Origin: Somniosus microcephalus
Taxonomy: Eukaryota
NCBI GenBank assembly: GCA_052327205.1
Contig: CM126228.1
Location: 20,150,001 to 20,214,000 of the forward strand
DNA length: 64,000 nt
Direction of reading: 5' to 3'
Shown here piece by piece: positions 33,386-44,361 of this stretch. The translations under genes were made by a program, and so were the position numbers. Each line of letters starts with the position of its first letter. The stretch's first letter is position 1. Below the pieces are notes generated by a model, which worked only from the letters and a program-made list of their open reading frames with translations, was not told the DNA's origin and ran no database searches.

Positions 33386-33897
33386 AGGTGAAAAATATCA
33401 TGCTGTCAGACGATATATTTGAAACTATGAATTGTTTACTCCTAGTAAGAAGTAAACACAGAAGTGAGTTTATTAAACAGATACAAATACCGATACAGTA
33501 CCTATTCAAGTGTTATCTTAACCCAACATGTTTTGGAATAATTAGATTCATTTTCTCCAGCATTTCAGATGAAGCATAATATGGGCTCCAAGTACCATGG
33601 AGTTCCTTCTCATCACAGTGACTTGGGTCTGTGATAAGAAGCCTTTCATATCATAGGTTTGAATACCAGCTTCCCTAACATGATGCCCCTGGACAGGGTT
33701 GGCTATTATAGATAACAGCTGTATCTCGGTATTTGGAAAATTTACAAGGATTGCCTGAGGAATTGATCAAACCAGTTTAGCCCTGATAGGCTTGCCATCC
33801 TTTGGAGTTAGCGCCTATACTCCAGACAGGTGCATGGTATTTGCTTCTACTTATAGGCTAATAAAGATGAAAGGACCAAAAGAAACATTTTTTGGAA

Positions 33898-34296
33898 CAG
33901 GGGAGGCTGAAGGGAGACCTACTTGAGGTGTATAAAATTATGAGGGGCCTAGATAGAGTGGATAGGAAGGACCTATTTCCCTTAGAAGAGAGGTCAATAA
34001 GCAGGGGCATAGATTTAAAGTAATTGGTAGAAGGATTAGAGGGGAGTTGAGGAGAACTTCTTTCACTCAGAGGGTGGTGGGGGTCTGGAACTCACTGCCT
34101 GAAAAGGTGGTAGAGGCAGAAACCCTCATCACATTTAAAAAGTACTTGGATATGCACTTGAAGTGCTGTAACCTACAGGGCTACGGACCAAGAGCTGGAA
34201 AGTGGGATTCGGCTGGAGAGCTCTTTGTCGGCCAGCACAGACACGATGGGCCGAATGGTCTCCTTCTGTGCTGTAAGTTTTTATGATTCTATGATT
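33898..34296 (+). mobile_element. CR1 LINE 3' end
   Basis: RLKGDLLEVYKIMRGLDRVD.KDLFP...RRTSFTQRVVGVWNSLPEKVVEAETLITFKKYLD and an ATTCTATG tail. Confidence 0.9.
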
Positions 34297-34429
34297 AACA
34301 GAAACAACAGTTAACAAAAATCAGTTTTTTTTTATTAATAAGTGATGCTCCCAGACAGAATTGTGTGTATTTGCTCAAAGCACACTCATCCACACAAAGA
34401 CAGAATAAGCAATGAACAGAGATTAATTT

Positions 34430-34614
34430 TAAATAAAAACAGAAAATGCTGGCGATACTCAGCAGGTCAGTATTTGAACCTGACGAAAGGTCATCGACCT
34501 GAAACATAAACTCTGTTTCTCTCTTCACAGATGCTGCCTGACCTGCTGAGTATCTCCAGCATTTTCTGTTTTTATTTCAGATTTCCAGCATCTGCAGTAT
34601 TTTCTTTTTGTATT
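34430..34614 (+). mobile_element. 185-bp Penelope-like insertion: short inverted pLTR piece, hammerhead motif and tail
   Basis: 34431-34470 is the reverse complement of 34539-34578; CTGACGA-A-AGGTC-ATC-GACCT-GAAAC at 34480-34505; 12-bp TSD AGAGATTAATTT (34418-34429 / 34615-34626). Confidence 0.88.
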
Positions 34615-35232
34615 AGAGATTAATTTAAGATTGTCAAATGTAGACCAGCAAAACTTCATATTAAAAGATATAAATGTTCAAATATTACTTAAAGCAGGAC
34701 GGATTCCAGTTCTGTCAGAAACCAGCCACAGAGCCCATCTATTGCATATTTAATAGTTCTGTATTGAGGAGAACTGTCTGGATATGTCGTGTGTCACAGA
34801 CCACAGGCTTAATCTACATCTGGACTTTGACACCGATGAAAGACTAAGATACGATATTGCCCTTGGTCCCTTCTCAGCAGATTCCCGGAGCAGTTCTGGC
34901 TAAAGCTGGCATCTATCAGAACCCCTAAGCATTGATATGAATCATCAATTGGGACGGGAGCCCCTTGTGCCTTCCATTCAATTTCCTTTGAAAGTCATAA
35001 TACTGTACCTGTGAACACCCACCACCGTCTGCCACTGTTTACCAATATTCCAGCTGATGTTATATTAACACCAGCATTTACCCAAAATGAGTTACGGTAG
35101 ATGTTAAACAAATGGCAATCAGATAATCTAGAATGGAGTGTTCAAGAGTAGAATGTATTAAATCCTCAGGCGAGTCTGCCAACAATATGTCATCTATGAT
35201 GGGAACACTGTAAATCTTCCAGAAATATGTTC

Positions 35233-35490
35233 AAAAAAAGAAAAAGAAAGACTTGCATTTATTAATAGCACATTTCACAACCACCGGACGTCCCAAAGCG
35301 CTTTACAGCTAATGAAGTACTTTAAAAAAACGGAGTCACTGTTGTAATGTAGGAAACGCGGCAGCGAATTTGCGCACAGCAAGCTCCCATAAACAGCCAT
35401 GTGATAATGGCCAGATCATCTGTTTTAGTGATGTTGATTGAGAGATACAATTGGCCAGGACACCGGGCATAACTCCCCTTGCTCTTCAGA
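35233..35490 (-). mobile_element. 5'-truncated SacSINE1-like SINE
   Basis: Matches the 3' half of 12468-12935 in reverse. Confidence 0.85.
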
Positions 35491-38336
35491 AAAGACACTC
35501 TAAGACCATCCCTTACAACAACACCCAAAGACATCATTGATGAGGGCATGGGATAGGGTGGGTAGCAGTGGACCACCTTGCTTTACTCCTTATGATAACA
35601 CGCGTCTATGATTCTGCCATCTGGCTAAAGGAGCCAGTTTTAACATTAGGAGCTGGCGCACTAACGGTGCTGTCCTGCGATCTAAATTACTGAATACTAA
35701 AAAAAATACCTTATTGCACCATTAATGTGGTGAGAATGCAATAATAACCATAACAATGGAAGCCAGCCTTCCATTGGTATGCGTGGGATTAGATTAAGGG
35801 TATTCTTCTTCCTCTTAGGCAGTCCCTCGGACCCGAGGTTGACTGAGGGTATATGCTGGGTATGAAGGACGCCTGCATCCAGGAAATTTGCATCAGTTTA
35901 TTTATAACCGGCAGATAGAAATATCTTACTTTACAGCTCCACACAATTTAGAGAAGTGACTATAAGTCCCCCCCACCCCCTACCGTGGAACCTGATAGGA
36001 GACAAGGAATTCCGTACATTGAGTTGTGGATAATCAGACTTGCTGCACATGACCCACACAAAACCCAAATAAATAAACATCTGTAAGGACAGTTCCAAGC
36101 AATTTTAGCGTGTTTCTGAGGGAGGAATGAAACTCGACCCCCCCCCACACACACACACACTTTTCCATTAATTTACAGATCGAATCCTGGGAGAGATTTT
36201 TAAACAAAAAAAGAATGTTATCTTATCTGTTTTGCGGGCAATGGTAATTGTGCAAGACGGGGAAATGTGGGCTGGGTCTCTGTTTACGAGCTCGATACGT
36301 CACTGCAGCGTTGACACTGGCAATGACATTGACACTGAAACTGATACAAGCGCCGCCTCCAATACTGTAAAACCAGCAACAACTGCCTGCAAACGCAATT
36401 TAAATTCGGTCGGCACTCGCTACTCACAGACAAGAGTGGCTTTGACTTATGGTGAATTAGTGCAGAAAAAGTACCCACATTAAAGAATTAGTGATCGTTC
36501 GATTCTTGAAAACGAGGATTCTTTTTCGCCCGGTTGGAGGATAACTTTATTAAATAGAACACAGTTCTTGTATTACCGCTGTCAAAGGCCAAAAATGGTA
36601 AGCTGTTTCACAACAAACTTGCCAATTTTTAAGTTATTATCAGTATAAGATTGAGAAACACGTAGATTTCTGGCTTCTAGCGTCTATATTTCGGATAACA
36701 TTGATTGCTATTGTCAGTTTTGTACAATTGTACTTGCATTTGCGTGTTTCAGTTTGCACCCACTTGCATCGATTACATGTAGTTCCCTTCTTGAAGGCGC
36801 CTATTGTCGTCCGTAAGTCAATTGGAGTTAAGTGAGTTGTTACTGTTTGTTCGCTGTTAACTGGCGTGATGTACAATGTCTCACCGATGTGAAGCGGTAA
36901 TATTGTTCATAAGTTTGACATGCCATTTCATTTTGAAATCCTGATTTGTTTTCGCTTATAAGGTCGAAACTTTATTAATTGGAAATTTTCAATCGAGGAT
37001 AAAGTGGTGTATTTTTCCCACAAACCACCTCGTTAAAGTTTAAACATGAGTGAATTTCTCTGACCTATAAACAATTACTCAGTCCATGTACCTGGCATGT
37101 CATGCCTGCTACCCATTTTCCAACTCCAGTTAGAAAATACAAAATAATATATGCATCTATTAGAATTTTACTTATTCCCCTTCTAGTGTCTAAGAGTACG
37201 ATTGTCATGATACTGAGCAAAAGCATTTAAAAAAAGTTATGCTACTTATTGCAATAATGGTTTTACCCCCAAAATCCTGATTTTTTTTGTATCTATATAC
37301 ATAATATGCACCTAATGTAAAACAAAATTGGATTGTAAGCAACATCTCTTTCATATAGTAAGGTTTTTTTTCACATTTAATCCAGAGTGGTGATTGAAAT
37401 ATAACTGCATTAGTTACGGTAATACGGAACATACCTTACAATCAGGCGAGCTCATTTCTGAAGGGATTAAAACGAATAAGGAAACAACTCTTGGAGGTAG
37501 TAGGTTATCTATTCATATATACAGGCATTTAAAGGTGCGATTTAATGTTCATTTTTAGATCTGCTGCTTTGGATGCTCTTCGTGTGATGTCAATGGTTAA
37601 AGCAAATGGCACAGTCTGCCGCGGACAGCGTTACGTATACAGTGTCAAATTACCATGCAACTTCAAAAACAATACTCATTTAATTCATTGTTTGGTCACT
37701 TCATTGTACCTGTAGTTACTATGGTAATCTATGTTATTTCCTCACTTTTGTCGTGTTGTAGGAAATAAGCACTGGATACATAATGAATGTTGCTTCCAAC
37801 TGGACTTTTATGTTAACATTATAGATTAAGTGAAGAATAAAGCAGACTTGGTGAGCATATGCGTAGGTCAGGCCAAATATAGTTTTGACAGCATTCACAG
37901 AAGGTGAGAGGCAGATACATTTGATTTGTAATTGTACAGAAATAAAAACAGCGAATGTTTACATCCGTCAGTAATTTAAAAAAAAAGCTTAAGGTCGCGG
38001 TGGAAACTTTGCTGTCCATTTGAAACATTAACCTGCGGGTTTTCTTTCAGATACTGACAGACGCGCAATGTAGCCTCGCATTTCGTGTTCCTATTACACA
38101 TTTGTACTTGGAGCAAAATAGTGCGGATGCTGGAAATCCGAAATTTTAAAAAAACTAGAAAAGGCTGGAAGTACTCAGATGGTCAGGCGGCAGGACTGCC
38201 AGAGATGCTGTGGAGTATTTGCACCATTTTCTGCTTTTATTTGGGGAGAAATGCAAACGAGAGAACAAGCACGAGTCTGTAATTATAAGCAGGAAAAAGG
38301 CTGGAAATACTCAGATGGCAGGCAGCATGACTGCCA

Positions 38337-38728
38337 GAGAAACTTATAAAATTCTAACAGGGCTAGACAGACTAGATGCAGGAAGGATGTTTTGGATCCA
38401 GAACCAGGGGTCACAGTGTAAGAATAAGGGGTAAGCCATTTAGGACAGAGATGAGGAGGAATTTCTTCACCCAGAGTGGTGAACCTGTGGAATTCTCTAC
38501 CACAGAAGGCAGTTGAGGCCAATTAATTAAATATATTCAAGGAGTTAGATATATTTCTTAAGGCTAAAGGGATCAAGGGATATGGGGAGAAGGCAGGGAC
38601 AGGGTACTGAGTTTGGATGATCAGTCATGATCTCATTGAAACATAGAAGATAGGAGCAGGAGTAGGCCATTCGGCCCCTCGGCTCGAGGGGCCGAATGGC
38701 CTACTCCTGCTCCTATCTTCTATGTTTC
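38337..38728 (+). mobile_element. CR1 LINE 3' end terminating in a perfect palindrome
   Basis: ETYKILTGLDRLDAGRMF... then the 3'UTR; arms 38638-38681 and 38685-38728 are exact reverse complements. Confidence 0.9.
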
Positions 38729-38729
38729 T

Positions 38730-39170
38730 AAAATAACAACAGAAAATGCTGGAAAAACTTAGCAGGCGAGGCAACATCCGTGGAGAGAAATTAAGAGTTG
38801 ACGTTTCGGGTGAACCCTTTTTCAAAACTGGAAAGGAAATAAAATAGATCGAAGGCAGGGCTGCGATAGAACAAAAAAAGTAAAGAGACATTAAGAGGTA
38901 TTCAAAACCAGACGAGATGGTAATAGGACAGTGGAGACAAAAGATGGCTCAGATTAGGTGTGAAGTGTACTGGCAGGATGAGAAACAGCTGCCATGTGGG
39001 AAAGAGAAAAAAAAAGGAAAGGGGGGGGGGAGAAAGGGAAGACCCAAAACAAAGGGGTGGAAAAGAAATATATAAGTAAAAATGTAATAGGGGCTGAGGT
39101 TATGATCTGAAATTGTTTAACTCGATATTGAGTCCGGAAGGCTGCAAAGTGCCTAATCAGAAGATGAGGC
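38730..39170 (-). mobile_element. Penelope-like 3' end (GIY-YIG terminus plus pLTR), family A-related
   Basis: Minus strand LIF*LGTLQPSGLNIELNNFRS* at 39168-39103; degenerate hammerhead CCAGTT-TTGAAAAAGGGT-TC-ACCC-GAAACGTC-AACT near 38795-38832. Confidence 0.85.
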
Positions 39171-39175
39171 TTTAT

Positions 39176-39259
39176 TTCGTCAGGTGAAGGAGCAGTGCTC
39201 CGAAAGCTTGTGATTTCAAATAAAGCTGCTGGACTATAACCTGGTGTTGTGTGACTTCT
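39176..39259 (+). mobile_element. Penelope-like family B pLTR fragment with an inverted 5' end
   Basis: 39186-39259 matches 4906-4979; TTCGTCAGGTGAA is the reverse complement of the expected TTCACCTGACGAA. Confidence 0.82.
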
Positions 39260-39279
39260 CTGATTTTGAGGACTGAGAG

Positions 39280-40262
39280 TGAAGTCAGACGGCGGGGACG
39301 GGACGAGGCGGGCAGCTCTGGGGTTTGAAGTTGGCGCCGGCGCGCGGGGGGTGTCGGGTAGCGGGAGGCCGCGCGCTGGATGGTGGGTCCTCGGTCAGTG
39401 CGCCTTCCTCGGGCGGCGGATGCGGCAGCAAGCGGCACTCGAACCTCTCTTATGCTTTTGGGACGCCGAGTGAGTTAAAACCTCGAGGAGGCGGTTTTTG
39501 GGGCTGCTCGGGTGTTTTTGATTTTTGTTGAATGAATGAGGTGGGGGGTGAGTGAGTCTCTCTCTCTCTAGGCCGCCGTGTCCTTTGTTTGACGGGTGAA
39601 GGGGGCCGGCGGGCGGGTGGGTGAGGTGAGAGGGAGAAAGGACGACGACGGCGGCGCTTTTTCTCTCTCTTTCCCCGCTGAGGAGAAAGTCGGCATTATT
39701 CCGCCGGTTGGAGGCTTTACTCAGCTTCCTCAGCCGCTTAAATTCCCAAACGAACCGGCTCCCGGCTTTTTTTTTTCTCTCTCTTCCTCCCCGCCCCCAC
39801 CGAGAGAGAGGAAAAAAAAAGGCTCAAAGTCGCCGAGCTCGGTGAGTGACGGCGTCACTTTGATTGACAGCGGCGCCGGCCATTCAGAGCCCGAGCCGGC
39901 TGCGATGGGCGGGGCCTCCCGGCGCGGGCCGACCTATCAGTCGGCGGCGAGGGCGGGACGTGTGGGTGAAGTCAAGTGTGGTTGATCGTGTTTTATCAAG
40001 TGTAGTGGAGCTGCGAGGTTGGCTGTTGCTCAGATAGTCTTAATGTGTGGGGGGGGAATAAATAAGAGGCGCCTGTCGTCAAAAACCCCAAAGGGCCTGC
40101 GGGCCGGCAGGGGGGCTATTGTCCGTGTCGCAGTGACCACAGTCGCCGGACAGCGCTGAGCGGTCAAGCCCCAGCGGTGTTTGCCGCATCGTGTCTGGCC
40201 GGCCTGCGGCCACTCTGCCTCATTGTTCAGGGACACGCGGTGCGGCTCCAGCAAGGCGCCTG
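39280..40262 (+). promoter_or_regulatory. MAPK6: CpG island: probable MAPK6 promoter and non-coding first exon (candidate donor CG|GTGAGT at 39841/39842)
   Basis: Very high GC and CpG with no TIRs or repeat homology; GC boxes; about 7.3 kb upstream of the strong acceptor at 47182. TSS position not determinable from sequence. Confidence 0.8.
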
Positions 40263-42214
40263 ACTTGAGACCTCGAATCCCCTATTAAATCAAATTCCCT
40301 ATTGGGATTCCTGGCTTTAAGCAATCGTTTTAACTTACAGTAAAATTGCAATTGCTGCATTTTTAAAAATAAAAGTGGAATACTTTCCGCGATTTAAAAA
40401 AAAACATCTTTTTTGAGTGTTACTGCGCCCTTCTCTATACTGCAGCGCATTTCAGGTGACTGCGCAAGAATGTGTCCCTGACATTTAATATTCAGATAAA
40501 GTTAATAGGGATGAATCTGAAATGTTTCTCAATTCAATAGGTTTCTTTTCGTTGTTAAAGGATGGTTAGATTCGCTTTCCATGCCCCCCGCCCCCCCCCC
40601 CCTGCTAATAGTTAGAATTTTTACGTGTTAAATAAAACTGAAGACCTCTAGTCAGTGAGTAATCTTTTCAGGGCGATGAAACGTCAACGAATCGTCTTGC
40701 CCACAAACGGCGACGTGGCTCGTTTTCATGTGACTCATACGGGATTTTTTAAAATAAAAGTTGCTGTTTATTTTCCTGTGACGCGAATGCCGGGTTTTAG
40801 TGGCCACTCCAGGCATTGACTCGGCTGTGTCGTGTTACACAGGTAATTTTCAGTAGCCTGCTCCTAAAACACATTGAATTTGTTAAATCCACCGAGTTTA
40901 TTTCAAGTCCTAAAAGCGTGACCGTGATCAGAAGTGGCAGTCCACAATGGTTCCCCCTAATGTTCGCTGCAATGTTGGCTATATATTTTCCATGGAAACA
41001 ATTCTCGGAATTATAATTGAGTTTAGTTTACCTGTGCCATTACCTTTGATCTCATTTCAAAGGCGAGAAACTATTGGGTTAGTCAGCCATGTGATCAATT
41101 CCCGTTGGGGATTTTTTTTGCGGAAGGGTAATTCTTCACTGAAAATTACTTTCCGACCGAGAACTCCGTGTGAGGTAACTGCGTTACCAATTGGGCTGTC
41201 CCCTTTGAGTCAACTATTTTAGATTCATGCCGATGAACTTTATCTGAATATTAAATGTCAGTGTTGAACAACGTGGTCAGTCCGCGACATTCAGATATTG
41301 CATATGGAACGGAACAGTGGGGTTTTTGACGTTTCTGATCTGAACCAAGGATAGGTATTAGAAGTCGTGATTTTCTTACACAAGCGAGGCTCCATACATA
41401 ATTTACAGGTAATGGTCGTGAGGGCTATCTTGCTGGTGTGGTGCTTAGAACAACGCTCTTGTGTTTCTGTAATTAGTGTGCGAATGTGATCTTGTTCCGT
41501 TCTGGTGGCGATTCCTTTGGGTTGGAGGAGTGCATGGGAGGCGGAGAGTGTGAAGTTTGCAGCCTAGTGTTTTTGGTCAGACGCTGAATTAAATACTTGG
41601 ATTTTTATTGTGAAGATTGTAGTTAGAGGCAGAAGAGAATAAGTACAGCGGTAACAGTCCTCTTGTTTCTCCGACTCCCAGAGGCAAACGTTCCGACTGT
41701 GACGTTATTACACCAAATGGTACATATTCTTCGCAGTATCATGACGCTGTGATAGGAAATTAATTCCACGTAATTATATTACGAAAGGGTTTTTGTCTCT
41801 GCCATAAATGTCAGAAGTGAGCATTTCAACAGAGGATTTTTTTAAATTATGGAGATATTTGAAGCAACTAAGCTTTTCATTCCCGTAAATTTCGTTTTAA
41901 TTTTCTTTGTCACGTGAAGCAACAGGAAATATATATTTTTTAAATCGATGCTGCTGTAGCTCTTGCCAGGGCACATGACAATACTTTGAACTGTTCCAAA
42001 GCCAAAAGTATGTGTGTCTTTTTTTGAAGGGGGGATTATATGGGCTACCACATTTTTCCTAAAATTCACAGTCCAAAGTGTGCGATGTATAATATATAAA
42101 GTTATTGTGTTAAATTGAATATTTGTTCATGGCACTTACTGGCATGACTTTGAAAGTATGTATTTGAAAGTGAAGTTCTAAATGACATAAGTATGAGGAA
42201 AGTTGTATGAACAC

Positions 42215-42343
42215 AGAATCATAGAAGTTTACGGCACAGAAGGAGGCCATTCGGTCTGTCGGCTGAAAAAGAGCCTAATCCCACTTTGCAGCACTTTGTC
42301 CGTAGCCCTGTAGGTTATGGCACTTCAAGTCCATATCCAAGTA
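42215..42343 (-). mobile_element. CR1 3' end fragment in intron 1
   Basis: Reverse complement of 34140-34296. Confidence 0.8.
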
Positions 42344-43110
42344 AACAGAATACATAAATGATGTAGGTTAATTTTGAAACATACACAGGGGGCATAAGTC
42401 ACATGATTGGTCATTTGGGGTTTTTCCTCATTCCTTGTGTGATTAATAAGGCAGATAAACAATAAGTATATAATCCACGACAAAAGAGACCCGAGTTATG
42501 ACGGTTCTCTAACAAAATTAAATTCAAATTCATTTATTAAAGATGAAAGTCACTTTTACCAAGTCCCTGAGGGTGCTTTTATTATGGTTATATTGTGAGG
42601 AGCATTTTCACCACGATCGAGTTTCTGCTTCCCTGTTGCCTCTCCAAAAAGTGTCAAGATTTTAACTCCAAACCATGATTATAAATACTTGCCTTAGAGC
42701 TATCTTGAAATAATAATCCTGACTAAATGTAACTACAGTATTACAAAAATGTAATGTGTCTGTTAACATTGGGACCTTATCACTAAATGCTGGTGGTGGT
42801 GACTCACTGTCCACCTTTTTCCCCATATTCAGCACTTGCATACCTGCTGAATAGAAAACTGAAGCAGTAAGCTAAGATGTGTATTAAAATCCAGAATGGT
42901 ATGGAGTTAAAAGTTTTAATCTAGCTCTGGAACAAATTTTAAACTAATATATAAAGGGTTAATTGTGGCAATTGGGTTGGAGGAACGTGGACTGCCACTC
43001 TAGCTCCACTGTCTGAATACATTGTGGCATTTATCCCGTGCTTGTATGATGCTTACCTGATTTTTCTTCCCAACCCCAATTTGGGAATTTAAGTAGAATA
43101 GGTGTGTCTT

Positions 43111-44361
43111 AGAATCATAGAATGGTCTCCTTCTGTACTGTAACCATTCAGCCCATCAAGCCCATACTGGCTCTCTGCAGGAGCACTTCAGCTAGTCCCA
43201 CTCCCCTGCCCTTTCCCCGTAGCCCTGCAAAGAACATTCCTTCGGGTACTTGTGCAATTCCCTGTTGAAAGCCCCGATTGAGTCTGCCTCAGGCAGCGCA
43301 TTCCAGATCCTAACCACTCGCTGCGTAAAGTTTTTCCTCCTGTCGCCTTTGGTTCTTTGCCAATCACCTCAGATCTGTGTCCTCTGGTTCTCGATCCTTC
43401 TGCCAATGGGAACAGTTTCTCTCTATCTACTCTGTCTAGACCCAATCATGATTTTGAGTACCTCTATCAAATCTCCTCTCAACCTTCTCTGCTCTAAGGA
43501 GAGCAACCCCAACTTTTCTAGTCTATCCACGTAACTGAAGTCCCTCATCCCTGGAACCATTCTCGTAAATCTTTTCTGCACCCTCTCTTAAGGCCTTCAC
43601 ATCCTTCCTAAAGTGTGGTGCCCAGAATTGGACACAGTACTCCAGTTGAGGCCGAACCAGTGTTTTATACAGGTGGTTCATAACTTCCTTGCTTTTGTAC
43701 TCTGCCTCTATTTATGAAGCCCAGGATCCCGTATGCTTTTTTAACCGCTTTCTCAACCTGCACTGCCACCTTCAACGATTTGTGCACACATACCCCCAGG
43801 TGTCTCTGTTCATGCACCTCCTTTAGAATTGTACCCTTCAGTTTATATTGCTTCTCCTCGTTCTTCCTACCAAAATGTATCACTTCGCACTTTTCTGCGT
43901 TAAATTTCATCTGTCACGTGTCTGCGCATTTCACCAACCTGTCTGTCTTCTTGAAATCTATCACTGTCTTCCTCGCTGTTCACTGTATTCCAAGTTTTGT
44001 CTCATCTGCAATTTTGAAATAATGCCCTGTACACCCAAGTCCAAGTCATTAATATATATCAAGAAAAGCAGTGGTCCTAGTAACGACTCTTGGGGAACAC
44101 CACCTTCCTCCAGTCTGAAAAACAACCGTTTCCTGTCACTTAGCCAATTTCATATCTATGCTGCCACTGTCCCTTTTATTCCATGGGCTTAAACATTGCT
44201 GGCAAGCCTATTATGTGGCACTTTATCAAATGCCTTTTGGAAGTCCATGTACACCGTGTCAGCCGCATCAACCTTCTTTGTTACCTCCTCAAAAACTCGA
44301 TCAAGTTAGTTAAACACGATTTGCCTTCAACAAATCTGTGCTGGCTTTCCTTCATTAATCT
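43111..44361 (-). mobile_element. CR1 LINE in intron 1
   Basis: Minus ORFs MKFNAEKCEVIHFGRKN...[31 protein letters not shown] and GLDRVDREKLFPLAEGSRTRGH; DFQKAFDKVPH region near 44215-44250. Confidence 0.93.

Noticed and set aside
1-39000. LEO1 exons (LEO1 is the usual upstream neighbour of MAPK6)
   Set aside because: No LEO1-like peptide (MADMEDLFGSD, D/E/S-rich repeats) recognised in the ORF track or by eye; it may lie outside the window.
39172-40254. Short ORFs in the CpG island
   Set aside because: Low-complexity R/G/A/P-rich translations typical of GC-rich non-coding DNA.
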